From assembly GCF_046119375.1 (NCBI RefSeq), contig NW_027362765.1:199330001-199394000 (forward strand): a DNA stretch of 64,000 nt. The letters are read 5' to 3'. Source of the DNA: Phyllobates terribilis. Taxonomy: Eukaryota. Below, piece by piece: positions 10,460-23,790 of the stretch; position 1 is the first letter of the stretch, and every line of letters starts with the position of its first letter. Under the pieces are notes generated by a model. That model was not told where the DNA came from and did not search any database. It was given only the letters and a program-made list of their open reading frames with translations. The translations under genes and the position numbers were made by a program.

Positions 10460-13400
10460 GTAAGTGTCAGCACAAGGCTCTAGTGTGGTGCTGGGAGTCT
10501 GTGGGACTGAGGGATGTATGATCAGGTTGGGTGTACATGTGCAGATTTTGGCCCCAGTCACGTCCTCCCAATAAGTCATTAGTGAGCCGTGGGTGTGAGC
10601 TGCCATATTTTACTAGGATAGGAACCATGTGTACAGAAAACAAACTGATTCCATCAGAGCAAATAAATCCTGGGCTGTTCACAATGTTGCTCATTAACAT
10701 CAGGTTTCCTGGACCTTTTTGTGTCTGCTCGGGGTACAGAGTATGACAGTCAGATCACCAGATGAGGGGATGCAGTGCAGACATTCTGACACTGTACTAC
10801 ACAAGTGTATTCATTACCTTCTCTATATAGAAGACAGACACTCAAAATTACAATGAAATGGTCTGCTAGGGGGCTTGGCTTGCAACAGAGTAGTGTTCTT
10901 AAAGGGAATCTGTCAGCAGGTTTTTGCTGTTATCTGAGCTACATGATGTAGGGGCAAATGGTCTTATTCCAGGGATGTCACTTACTAGACTGCTTTATAG
11001 TTTTGATAGAATCCCTGTTCTCTGCTGTAGATATAGCGGTGGCCAGAATGCTGAACTCTGTATAAACCCCACCCCCCCACCACCAATCCACACCACTGAT
11101 TGGCAGCTTTCTGTGTACACTGCATTGTCAGCAAGCTGGACTGACTGGCATGTGACACCTAGTCCTGCATTGATGATCTCCTGTTGATAAAACACTGATT
11201 GTATTGAATCTACAGCAAGCTTCTGAGCAAATGACATATTTCTGAAATCGGGGTATCTGCGCTTACATTATGGTGCTCTGGGATTAACTAACAAAAACCT
11301 GCTGACAAATTCCCTGTAACCCCTTCACCCCTGGGTCATTTTCTGTTTTTGTGCTTTCGTTTTTTGAATCCCCTTCTTCTCAGAGCCATAACTTTTATTT
11401 TTTTATTTTTCTGTCAATACGGCCATATGAGGGCTTGTATTTTTGCTGGACAAGTTGTAGTTTTGAACGACACCATTTGGTTTTACCATATCGTGTACTG
11501 TGAGGTGAAGTTGCAAAAAAGTGCAAATTTTTTCCTTTTTTTTTTTTTTTTTTTTTTATATACAATGTTCACTAAATGCTAAAACTGACCTGCCATTATG
11601 ATTCTCCAGGTCATTACAAGTTTGTAGGTGCCAAACATGTATAGGTTTTTTGGGATCTGAGTGAGGGCTTATTTTTTGCTTGCAGAGCTGATGTTTTTTA
11701 TAACCATTTTGGGGTAGATACGATATTTTAATTTCTCGTTATTGCAATGCTGCGGCGACCAGAAAACTGAATTCTGGCGTTTTTTGATTATTTTTCTCGT
11801 TACACCGTTTACTAAATATATACTCTATTCTATTACACTCATAGCCTCCTGGCAATGACATCTGCAGGGGTCTCCTGCAGACCCTGGGTTGTCATTCCAA
11901 CCAATCGGCAACCCACGGTCATGGGACAGATGCATTGGACTTATGACATACATCCACCGCAGCCATGTTAAATGCTGCGGGTGGATCGCGATTTTACCTA
12001 CGGCTGTTAGGGGCACATGACAGCTGATCAGCTGTCATGTCCCCGGAAAGGTGCAGGCTCATCGCTGGAGACCGCACCAAAGGGAGAGACCCGATATGTG
12101 CGGCACATGTCAGAAAGGGGTTAATAAAGTGGTCTTTTGGTGATATTTCACCATTGTACAGACTAAAGCCCACCAGGATGGGGCAAGCATGGTATTCTTA
12201 TTTAATAGATAAAGCAGAATAATTCAACTCGCAGTCCAAAAGAGCACTTGCTGCTCAAAACGTGTCGAAAGATGCCGCCTGTATTCTTCTTTTTTTTTTT
12301 TTTTTTTGTTAAACACACAATCTTAATCTTTGCTTCATGTAACTTGGAAAATAAAGTGCACTTTTTTGGACTCTGAGCTTGATTTTTCTGCTTTCTCTAT
12401 TGGATGTTGCGCCCTCCCCAGGTGCTCCAGAAGTGTGGAACTGCAGGCAGTGAGCTGGATTTACTTCTGTGACTTATTGTTATTAATGTACCACTCTAGT
12501 GATAGTGCTTCTAATCCAAATTTCCTGCCCATAATCTTATACTCTCTTGCTGGCGTCTTCACCTTTTTATCGGTGCTGCTCTGTTCCCATGGCAGACCTC
12601 AACTTCTGACCACCGGAAGTCAGAAATAACGATCGCCAGCTCTCAATGAAGTCTGGGCACCAGAACAAGGCTCTCAAACTTGCATTGAATGGTGACCTCT
12701 AGCTCGCTCCAGCAAACACCTGAAGTGATCTGAGAGGTCACAAACTGCTGGAGACTGATTGGAGCAGCAGTGATAGAAGGTGAAGATGGTGGCGGGTATG
12801 TATAAGACTAAGTGTATGGAACATGGATTATAAGCACCACTCCAGCAGTAAAATTAAAAAAATAAAAAATCGCTGGAGTAGTGCTTTCAAGGGTTTTGTT
12901 TTCATCTTCCAGTTACCGACCAAGCCTTTGTGACCCTTTGCACAAATGACACATACTGTCAAGGTGCATTGGTGTTGGGGAAATCATTAAGGAATCATGA
13001 AACATCCCGCAAGCTGGTAGTAATGATTACATCTCCAGTCTCCGGTCGTATGAGGTAAGACCAGGCATAGATTAAGGCTATTCCTAGACTTTTCTTTTTT
13101 TTTGCTCACGTGTTTTAAAAAAAAAAAAAAAACTCTCTCAGGAAGAACACATTGCCGCTTTAAACCCTCTCGAGTTTCTCCGGTTGATCTAGTTACTAAC
13201 AACTTCTGTTTTAATTGCTACATGCTAGAAAGTTTGTTGGTCTAGGCTTGCACTGATCAGAGACCTTTTATCTTTAAAGGGAATCTGTCCTCCCTGGGAG
13301 ATATGAGACCTCTACTATGGCCATACAGGGTATAGGAAAGTAAATCTATACTTGCCTGTATGGCCCATAGTAGAGGTCTGCTTGCAGAGAAGTGTTTTTA

Positions 13401-16400
13401 TCCACTCTGTTTTCCACAGGCTTGGTGTCCCCCGGATGCCAAGAAATCCTCACCTGTTTATTATTCCCTGAAATCCCTGCCTATATGCTTAGTTACCATA
13501 TCCCTCCCCTGCTCATCACAGGGCCCTGTGACATGCAGGGGTGGGGGGGATATGCTAAAGCCCCTGGACGCCAAGCATGTGAAAACAGTTTTTATAAAAA
13601 CGCATTTCTCTGCAAGCAGACCTCTAATATGGGCTATATAGGCATGTATAGATTTACTTTTCTATAACCTGTATGCCCATATTAGAGGTCTCCCAGGGGT
13701 TGACACATTCCCTTTAATAGAGAACTCTGGGCAGAACATATCACTGCGTCACTCCTAATGCAGGGCCTGAGTGAGGTGGTGCTTGACATGGGGAAGGATG
13801 GAGGGTGGGCCAAAATGCCATACGGAATCTTGGTACCCCTTCAGACCCTGCAGTAGACATGATACTATATATTAGCTGTGCCTTTAAGTGTTCTCCAACA
13901 TTGAATACTAAACGGCACTACTCAGTTTCCATATATACGTCTTTTTTTAAGGGCAATTCTCAGCAAAGTTTTTGATGAAGTTTTGGAGGTGGACACTCTA
14001 GACAGTGCAGATCTGGTGCGGCTGTCCTTACTCAAACGTCCAGAACTTGGAGTAACCTTCACCAAAATTCAGTGTTGGACCCTTACCCAGTATACAAAGT
14101 GTGTGTACATGGATGCAGACACAATCGTAAGTGCACTTCTATTTCCTGTAATATGTTGTGTCCACAAAGTCTAGCCATAGATAACATACTTCAACTCTTT
14201 TTAAAGTTTTTTATTTTTTATAAATTATAATAGATTTACATTTTTCTGGCAGAAAAACCCACCACTTGCACCAATGGGCTGTTTTTAATACTTGTTGGGT
14301 TTCAGAAGATGGAACAATACTGTTGAGTATAAGACTATGTATGACACTATGTTGTATGTTTGTTACAGGCTCTTCGTAATATCGATGAATTATTCGATCG
14401 GGAAGAATTTTCAGCAGCTCCTGATTCTGGTTGGCCTGACTGCTTTAATAGTGGGGTGTTTGTCTTTAGACCTTCACTTGACACTTTTGGACGTCTTTTA
14501 CAGTATGCAGAAGACAATGGCAGCTTTGATGGTAAGGTAATATTCAATATAGGGATATCTTGTAGCTCTTCCAATACTGGTCAAGAAATTCCAGAACTTT
14601 AAGTTCATGCCATGTAGTTTAAAGAAAAAGTCTGGATGACAACCAACATGGTGTCTGTCACAGCTTTATGCCTTGACAGATGTTCGGTCTACCTGTATGT
14701 AAAGCGGTGGAACTGGCTCATGTTTCTCCATATTTCTTGCAGGTGGTGACCAGGGCCTGCTTAACAGTTTCTTTAGCAACTGGGCGACATCAGACATCAG
14801 CAAACATTTGCCTTTCATCTATAACTTGAGCATTAGTTCTATATACACTTATATACCGGCATTTAAACAGTAAGTACCAGTGATCCAGCTGAATGTAACC
14901 GGGCTTCGTTTAGCAGGTATAACGGAGCTGAGTTATATGGCACAAGTAGTGCTGATATCTCAATGTTTGTTTGTTTTTTTAACCTGGAGTTTCACGTAGA
15001 CCCTTTTAGACTTGTATAACCACTACATAAAATAAATTCTGCTCTTCTACACCTGCTCAGGACTGAATTTAGGAGTGCATAGGGATATCAAATGTTACAT
15101 GACAATTGGAAACATGTGAACTGATCCTGTTCTAAGTCATTGTTTCTTATTTCTGTACAAGTAAAACTTCTATAGAATCTGTAACACCATGCCAGGGCCG
15201 GTATGTCACTCTCCACAAGTAGAAACGTTACCCCTTAGACCTCAGTCCCGAGCCTCTCACCTTGCCAAATCGGATCTGATATTTTGCACTGATGAGGGGC
15301 AATACCCCAAAACAGTGTCTGCAAATTGAAGTTCTGATTTGGCTAGTCTAAGTCCTATTGCAAGGCTCGTTAAAGGGTTGATAGTGACTTGTAGGATCGC
15401 TGCTTCCAACAAGTGGCGCTATAGCGTTCTGGTGCAAACTGCCTCTTCAGAGAGGAAGAGGACTAGAAGTCCAGTAATCTTCAGAAATGCCAGATAATTG
15501 CATAATTTGAGATTATTCAAGATTTTGACATGACTGAGTGAGAGGCATGTGACTTTAGACAGTATTAAAGGGGTTGTCTAGGATTATAAAAACATGGCTG
15601 CCTTGTTTCAAAAAAAAATAGCGTCACACCTTTCTGCGAGTGGTATTGGAGCTCTTTCACTCACATCAATGGATCTGTTCAGCAGCACCAGACATAACCT
15701 GTAGATGGTGCTGTCTTTGGAAGGAGGCAACAATGTTTTGTTTTTTTATTCTGGAAGACCACTTTAAATATATAGTCATCTACAAGTGGTTATAGTTTAA
15801 TATATTTACTTAAATAACCAGGGTTTACTCCAGTCAATCAACTTCTGACAGGTAAAGTGAATAATTTCATTATCCCATGACTATGGCACCTGTCGAGCGG
15901 TGGTCACATAAGGTTCGTTAATATGTCTGAGTGCAAGGACTAGTCTGTGTGGTCCGAAACCACAGGAGAGCTACTGTAGCACATATTGGCAAACGTTATT
16001 GCTGGCTATGATGGTAAGAACACACTATCACAGATGCAGTGTGTCAACAGATGAGTCGGAGTGCCCATGCTGCTTCCACCACTGAAGGCAACTTACTATG
16101 GGCATGTGAGCATCGTAACTGAGCGATGAAGCAATTGGTGCCCTGGTGGTGTCACCTGCCCACGGGTGGGATGGCTGCCCTATGCACGGAGGACAGCAGG
16201 CAGTCAGAGGCTGTGATGCTCTGGGAAATCTTTTGGTCCTGGCATTCATGTAGCTGTTACTTTGATATTTGTCATAACTTGGGTACAGACCAGGTACACT
16301 CCTTCATGGTAGCAACATACCATAATGGCATTGTCCTTTTTCAGAAGCCTATTTGCCACACTACATAAGCTATTCAGGAATAGTTGGAGGAACATTACCT

Positions 16401-19400
16401 AAAGTTTAATGATTTGGCATCCAGATCTCAGTATGATCATCTTTGGGATGTCCAATAAGCAAAACAGATCCATAGGGGCCACACCTCACAACTTACAGAA
16501 CTTCAAGAATCTGCTAACATTTTGGTGCAGATAGATGTGTGGCATCAATGTTCCAATGGCACAGGAGGATCTCTCAATATTGGGTCACCTCAATATCTTA
16601 TTGAAATATTACTTGTATGTAATAAAGGAATGAAGTATAATATCTGCACATCTCTCTTACAGGTTTGGATCAGAGGCAAAGGTTGTTCATTTTATAGGTA
16701 CCCCAAAGCCTTGGAATTGTAAATATAACCCGCAAACAAAATGGATTGTAGAAGAGGAAGCACTAAATGGAGATCAGCACCTTTTATTCCTTATCCACTG
16801 GTGGGAAACTTACATTTCTGACATTTTACCTTTATTAAAGGAAGAGGAGTTTAACACCACAGATGAGGTAAATCTAGGAGTCTGAGTTTGGACACTTTTT
16901 CTACCATCCGTTGGCATTTTAGAGATGTTATCTAAAATTGTCAGATTTATTGATATGCTAAGTTTTTGTTTTAAATTTCCTCCAGCATCAATGTGGAAAA
17001 ATAGAACTTCAGATGAAAAATGAGAATCCGTCATCTGACTGCTCCGAGGGAGCTCATTCTGCCGATCCTGGGACCCCTGTAAGTATCTGCTGTTTGTTAC
17101 TCATTGAATTGTTTGGATTTTTCTAGCACTGTATATATGCATGAAACAGAACTGGGATAGCTGTGGGAAAAGTTTACAAATATTTTGGTAAATTCTCCCT
17201 CAAGAATTTCCTTTTGTTTTTCTTAAGCACGCCCCCAAGTATGAGCAAGGTAATACAAAGGTGACACATTTATGAAAAATGATGCAGTGGTCAGTTCTGC
17301 TGAATTATGGACACACGCATCAAAGGGGCTAGAGTAGTTCCACCCTTTCTCATGTGGAAAAAGTCACTTTGTGTTTTAAAACTTAAATTCTGTAGGAACA
17401 CTGATAGGGCACCAGTGTCTTTAGAGGTCCCACCAGAGTTACACCAGTGTCTTAGAGGTCAATTTATTTGAAATATTATGGTAGCAATGCCTACAGCGGG
17501 ATTCAGGACCCTCATATCGGTTTGTCTACTTGTAACATTGGTAAAAGTCCCCCATAGTACTGTAAATGTATTTGCCCAGTCCCATTCATGGTAGAAAATG
17601 ACAATTTATGCAGAAATCTTCTTTAATGCTCAGAATGAACGCGCTTTGTGGTTTCAATTACCTTGTATGGTAGTGTCAGTAATGGCATCCTCGTAACTTA
17701 CAGCTATGGAAAACGTAAAATTCGCCGTAGATTGCAGGCAGTAGTCCACTGTCAATTGGTTCGCTGGGTAACTTGTGCATCACACTATTGTAATGTACCC
17801 AAAATGTTTCTGAACTTTATTAGGGAACGGTCTACAATCCTCCTAATGTATTAAAAGGGGGTTATCTGAAATATCTTGCCATAAACTGCACCTCTCCTTC
17901 TCGTAGTCGGTTTCTGGTATCTTGGCTCAGTCACTGAATGCTTACCGGTTGAAGGTAACTTTTCAGAATAGGTGGTCATTTCTGACTTTTATGACTTGAA
18001 TCCTGTACGCTTTTTCTTTTTTCTCCTTCTAGCACTGCAGTCTCTAAACTTGTATCTTGTGTTTTTTTTTTTTTTGTTTTTTTTAACTCTGTAATACATT
18101 GTAAAGATAACTTTTGAGAACAGGGTTATGTATCTAACTGCTGTCTTTCTAGCAAACCAGTAGTAATTCTGAGCAGCGTGCACTTGATGACAGTCTTCAA
18201 GGTCAAGACCTACTCCCCTCTCAACTCTGCCCTGAGCCTGTAACTCAAGACTCCTTCCATATGGTATTTCCACTGGCTCTCCTCCATCACCTGCTTCTTC
18301 TACGCTATTCCTATATATAATTTTAACTTCCTTCTGCTTTCAGAATTGCCTAGAAATTAAAATGAAGGTGTCTTAGTATTTGGCCTTCTCCATGTAATCT
18401 GCTGCTCTCTCCATTGTAATTGTAACTTATTACTTTTTGCAGTAACACCATGGAATAAAATATTTTCAGATTCAACTTTATTATCCTGCTCCCTAAAGGG
18501 GTAATCCCATCTAGAAAAGGAGAGGCGGGGGAAGGTTCTGACTTGAAAACGGGACAGATGTCCCTCTTTGGCATTTCTTCTGCATGTCAGCTCTGTCACC
18601 TCCTGTGCGGAGAATTGGGACACTGCTCCATTCAGAGGATTATGGGTTGCCAGATTATTATGTGGGGGAAAATCTCTATTAAATATGGCAAGGGTCCTGG
18701 CATTAGACCTCCATCAATGAGGAGGTGATCCTATAACAGTTATATGCCATCACTTCCTATAATGGCACACTGTGGTGAAATTACATTAACTTCTGGTCTT
18801 CACAGTATCCAATCTTTAGTGCCTCCCTTATTATAAGCTATTGTCTGTTTTTAGGCAAAACTCTCTCAAATGCATAAAAATCAAGTCCTATCAGTTAATC
18901 TACAGCAGATGTGCTGATGGAATAATATATAAATGTTTTATTTCTGGTGTTATTGATTAGTGCTGCATGCATTTAGAACTGGTAACGGGGGTGTATAATT
19001 CTAGAAAACTGACCTCTATTCTACTGATGCTTTATAATACTCTTAATGATATTTTATTCTGTAGGAAAACTCATCTTTCTAAAGAAATCTGTATTATGGT
19101 TAGTCAATATGGCAGGTTTATTTGTCTACACATGCATTTAGTGATTCTATGGACCTTTGCATCCATTCATGAAGTATACACCCCCTTATATAAGGAAAGA
19201 TTATTATTTTTTTGTAATCCTTTTTTCTTTTAGTGAATTATCACATTGTTCAGCAATCAATATCAATCATTTATATCAGATTAATGTCTAGAATGATACT
19301 ACGTTACCCTCACAGTGCCTAAAGTAGTGTTCACACTTTTGGTCATAGCGACTTCCAGCCTTTGCTGTACAAAACGTACATCAAATTTGAGGTATAGAAA

Positions 19401-20392
19401 AAGGACATGACATGAATAGGGATTTATAAGAGATCTTAAATTTTACCAATTGGTCTTTATTCCCTCATCCAAGTAAATGGATCTGATATTGTATTTTTAA
19501 AAAAAAAAAATAAAAAAAAAAATCCCCATTGAAAAGGGGCTTTTGTTTTAAGAGGTGGCTGTATAGAAGACTTTCTAATCTCGTACAACCTTTTTAATGA
19601 AAGTGGTGGCAGGGGATTGTTTAAAATACATTGTCTATTACTTTGAAATGTGTTGAAGGGGTTATTCAGGACTTTGGTGGATTTTGGCTATGGGACTAAG
19701 AACTTGTCTGCATGTTCTGCCTTGCAACGATGTGTTCCACCTCAGATCTGTCATGAACCGCATCTACCGGCAATTTTTTAGCTTCAGGTGATGTCACGTC
19801 GACATTCTTCTCTTCTCGGATCCTTTTCTTCCGCTCTGGGGTGTCAGTGCTGATTTGCCTATAGGTAGTGGGGAGCCAGCTGTCCATCAGCATGACTGCA
19901 GTAGTGACTCCCTGTCAACAGAGCAGACTAAGTGAAAGAGCTGCTCTGTTGTGAGGTGACTGCTGCAGCCAATATTAGTAGACAACCTCTTTAAGCCAGA
20001 TTCCAGCCCCTGCTTTTGACTATGGATCCACCTTTCAGTAATAGTTGGCTCCAGGGGCTGTAGTATTAGATTTTTAAACAGAACATAGTGCTGGACATCT
20101 TTTTGAAAGCCATTTGTACCAGAAATGGCAAATTTACTTCAGGATTTTCTGCACAAAACATACATTTGAGAATAGAGTATAGGCACAATGGTGGAATTGT
20201 CAGGAATTTGAACCCCATTTCACATAGTTCCTTGAATAACTGCATTGTAAAAGTTAGACTGACGCTCCTCCTTTGACACTGGAGGAAGACTCAGAAATCT
20301 GAGGCTGCTGAACATGTGAGCTTACTGCTATAGTATCCCCAACATGAGCAAATTGTATCGAGGACCCACAATAGGAAATGTCCATTCCCCCC

Positions 20393-20423
<31 letters not shown>

Positions 20424-20626
20424 AAAAGAAAAATTCTTTTTTAATGATTATTGGTTTTATTTAGGCTCACCTTTCCAAGTCTGTTTCGGAATTATCCATC
20501 CAAGAAGCTGAAGAAGCACTAAGAACTGAGGAAGAACGTAGGAAATGGGAAGAAGGGCACATCGATTACATGGGGAAATATTCTTTTGACAATATCCAAA
20601 AGAAGCTGGATCGATTTCTACAGTGA
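10453..20626 (+). CDS. GYG2: Glycogenin-2; spliced CDS of 8 exons, 1074 nt, 357 aa
   Basis: join(10453-10459,12913-13054,13952-14126,14369-14531,14743-14869,16663-16867,16986-17078,20465-20626), all GT-AG and in phase. Motifs AFVTL, DAD, FNSG, GGDQG, IYTY, HFIG..KPW. C-terminus [17 protein letters not shown] is GYG2-type rather than GYG1-type. Confidence 0.92.
10899..11319. mobile_element. TTAA-flanked MITE (Kolobok/T2-like); related copy at 40785-41176
   Basis: AAGGGAATCTGTCAGCAGG...CCTGCTGACAAATTCCCT inverted termini. Confidence 0.7.
11317..12124. mobile_element. piggyBac-like non-autonomous DNA transposon; related copy at 39732-40719 with a nested MITE at 40070-40303
   Basis: (T)TAA-CCCCTT...AAGGGG-TTAA ends and a body shared with 39732-40719 and 8440-8680. 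Confidence 0.7.
12913..13054 (+). CDS. GYG2: GYG2 coding exon 2
   Basis: [40 protein letters not shown], 142 nt, AG/GT. Confidence 0.95.
13274..13717. mobile_element. TTAA-flanked palindromic MITE
   Basis: AGGGAATCTGTC...GACACATTCCCT ends with internal inverted arms. Confidence 0.7.
13952..14126 (+). CDS. GYG2: GYG2 coding exon 3
   Basis: [41 protein letters not shown], 175 nt. Confidence 0.95.
14369..14531 (+). CDS. GYG2: GYG2 coding exon 4
   Basis: [38 protein letters not shown], 163 nt. Confidence 0.95.
14743..14869 (+). CDS. GYG2: GYG2 coding exon 5
   Basis: [31 protein letters not shown], with the autoglucosylation Tyr position retained, 127 nt. Confidence 0.95.
15283..15325 (+). ncRNA. 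Minimal type I hammerhead ribozyme with mutated core, within a roughly 300-bp repeat (about 15181-15478)
   Basis: TTTGCA-CTGATGA-GGGG-CAATA-CCCC-AAAAC-AGT-GTC-TGCAAA: stems I and II, CUGAUGA box and GUC triplet present; GAAA reads AAAA. Confidence 0.75.
16663..16867 (+). CDS. GYG2: GYG2 coding exon 6
   Basis: [33 protein letters not shown]. Confidence 0.92.
16986..17078 (+). CDS. GYG2: GYG2 coding exon 7 (variable linker)
   Basis: Strong polypyrimidine acceptor and GTAAGT donor, 93 nt, open in phase 0. Confidence 0.7.
20387..20427. repeat. Poly-C (27) followed by poly-A (14) tract
   Basis: Directly visible. Confidence 0.85.
20465..20626 (+). CDS. GYG2: GYG2 last coding exon
   Basis: [32 protein letters not shown], the glycogen-synthase-binding tail. 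Confidence 0.95.
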   Translation, partial: AHLSKSVSELSIQEAEEALRTEEERRKWEEGHIDYMGKYSFDNIQKKLDRFLQ

Positions 20627-21710
20627 CTTCTCTTCCATTACCTCTAGAAGGGTGCTGATGTTTTTCATTATTTATTGTGCAGTGGCAGGATTATGTCTTT
20701 GATTTACTTGCATTTTTGCCAATTAAATTGGGATAAAATATTTTGTATTAAGTCTCCATTACTATATAAAACTGTAGAAAATTATACGGTTAGCCAAGCC
20801 TTCGCTCATAGTTCATCACTAATCCAGCCCTGAAAGGCTTATGTTAGGGCAGCTGTCAGAATCCACTCCATAAAATGAAGAATCGTCTAAACCACATGAG
20901 TACAATTACTGTACTAATCAACAATTCACCGGAAACATCAACCATATAGATAGTAGGATGAATGCCAAAAAATGGACAGACTAGATAATTGAAAAATCAT
21001 AAAACTACAATGATGTAGCCATAACCTTATGGATAGCCAGAGTCTGCATTAGATGAGAGCATTACCCATACAGATCATTCCCCAAGTGACAACACATATA
21101 AAAAGCATGGGTGCATAAGGGAGGGTTGATGTATTTGTATAATTTATCAACTGTCGGTGTGCTAAACTCAACACATTTCCCCCTTTTCTAGGTTCATTAA
21201 GAGTATATAAAGCGCTGAAGTTATCTTGAGATATGGGTGGGATGATACCAGAAGTCACCGCATGGCACATGGAGATGATATTCTCCATAATTGCGGATAT
21301 AGGCTGTGGAATACGCCCTGCTAGTATACTCACGTAGCGGAAGTAAAGGAGACCTGCGTGTGCTTCAATATGCGTTCAACCGCAGGCGCATGCGTAAATC
21401 TATTGCACATGACCCTGAAACGACATTGTACCAGCCTGATGGTAAAAATATATTGTTCCCCATCAAGATGAAATAAAACTAATGGAAATTATCCTAAAAT
21501 AAGGATTCTGATATGAGCAGAAACACCAGTTGGGGTCAATGTATTAAAGCTGGATTTCATAATCAACTAATCCAGAAGGGCAAAATACACTTAAAATGCA
21601 ATTGTTCATTCAGATCGTTAGCAGCAATGGAATACATACAATGAATCCACTTGGTCTACTTCTGTGTGTTTTAAAAAAATTATATATAATTTTTTTTTTT
21701 TAAATCACAA

Positions 21711-23790
21711 TTTGCCTTCCATGACACGGGTTAAAAGCCCCTCCCCACTGTCTGTTTTCCTGTCCCCTTTGGGGTATGGAGAGGTCCTGCAGTGCTGTCC
21801 AGCCAGCAGGGCAGCATTGTGCAAAAGACATACTTGCTGGGCGTCGGTCGGGGTGCGCCCTCCTCCCTCGATGCTACTCCCGTTTGGTACTGTCCCGGTC
21901 TTCTTGCGCCCCATTGAGGGTAAAGCAGGCCAGGTGATCTTCATGCCAGAGGCCTGTCTCAGCTCTCCAGCATCTCCCCCTTCCTCCGGCGGTCTGAGCG
22001 TGCGCACAGGAAGTGATTGTCATCGCAAGGCAGACTTTCTAAGCAGAAAGGACGTCTAGCCCGAAGAATGGAGCCTAAATCAGGTGTTCCAGTCACTAGT
22101 AGCAAAGTGGGGTCTTCCCGAAGTGGACCTGTTTGCCAGTTGCCTAAACGCAAAGGTTCCTCTATTCTTTTTGTTGGACAGAAGGGACAATGCCATGGAA
22201 TTGGATGCATTAGCTCATCCCTGGCATTTCAAACTGGTTTGAGTTTCCTCCAATCCCGCTACTGTCAAAGAATTATCCAGAGCATCCGGTTAGAGAAAGT
22301 TACCGCAATTCTAATGGAACCTCTATGGCCCAAAAGGCCTTGGTTCGGAGGCATCGCAGATCTTTGCCTGGACGGTCTGGTGATGTTTCCACAACTCAAC
22401 AACCTTCTCACAGGGACCCCTATTTCATCCAAATCCTCAGTGGCTGAACCTTGCAGCTTGGTTACTGAAGCTGAGATCCTAAAATCCAAAGGTCTTTCAG
22501 AAAAAGTGGTAAGGACTCTTCAACAGAGTAGGAAACAAGTAACCAATGCAATATACAGAATCATTTTCTATCCTGGTATGCTCTGGATACTCCTGATCCC
22601 TTGTACCCTAACATAGCTCGAATCCTTGATTTTCTTCAGAGTGGATTAGAGTTGGGTCTTAAACCTAGGGCTGAAATCCGCACTTTAAGAGTACTAAGTG
22701 TGGTGTTTGATCAAGATCTGGCCTATCTCAGATGGATCAATAGATTCATGATGTCGGCATTCAGACTTCACCCAAGAATTAAGATTCATATCCCAACCTG
22801 GTATCTAAATGTGGTACTCAAGAGTATAACTCTCTCTCCATTCGAACCTCTATCACCATACAGTCTCTCTCTCACAAGACAGCCTTTTTAGTAGCCATCT
22901 CCTCGGCTCAGAGTGCAAGAACTACAGGCTCTCTCCATCAGAGAACCTTACATGACTGTGTCCAAGGATAGAATCACACTGACTGGACCCTTCATTTCTC
23001 CCAAAGGTGGTTTCAGATTTCCATCGTTCCAAGGAAGTCATCCTTTCCTTGTTCTACCAGAACCCTTCTAATTCAAAGGAAGCAGAGTTCCATCTTCTAG
23101 ATGTCCGCAGAGTCGTTCTTATCTTCAAAAAACTGAATCCTGGAGACTAGATCACAACCTCTTTATCCAGCACTCAGGGCACAACAGAGGAATAAAGGCA
23201 GCCAAATCCACTGTAGCAAACTGGATCAAGAAAGCCATCAGCGGAGCCTACATCAACCAACAGCTAGATCCTCCAATAGTCCTGAAGGCACAGTCTACCA
23301 GGTCTACATCAGCTTTCTGGGCCGAGAAAGCGGGCGTATCTTTAAAGTAGATTTGTAGGGCAACTACATGGTCTTCCCTTTACGCATTCTCTAAACATTA
23401 TAGATTAGATCTGCCATCCAATAAGGATTTAGCCTTTCGTAGGAAAGTCATCCAAGCTATTGTCCCTCCCTAATGTAATATCGTTGGTATTCCTCCAATG
23501 CTGTCGTGGAAAGCGTATTGAGAAAATAGAATTAGTCCTTACCGGTAATTTGTTTTGTAGGAGCCTTCCATGACATAACAAATTTCCCTCCCTATGTGGT
23601 TCTTGGATTTCCATATAAAGTGTCAGGTAACCATTTTTCCAGGTGATCTTGGTAAACACTGGGGATTGACGGTGAGGAGGGGCTTTTAACCTCTGTGTTC
23701 CTGTCCCCCAATATGGCGTGGACGACATCCTCCAATGCGGTCGTGGAAGGCTCCTAGAAAACAAATTACTGGTAAGGACTAATTCTATTT
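21711..23790 (+). mobile_element. Internally deleted DIRS1-type (tyrosine recombinase) retrotransposon
   Basis: RNaseH/MT-like and YR remnants (FLQSGLELGL, FEPL, FLVAISSA..VQELQAL, HSTR-like, HYRLDL), inverted termini and an internal complementary region at about 23503-23560. Confidence 0.85.
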
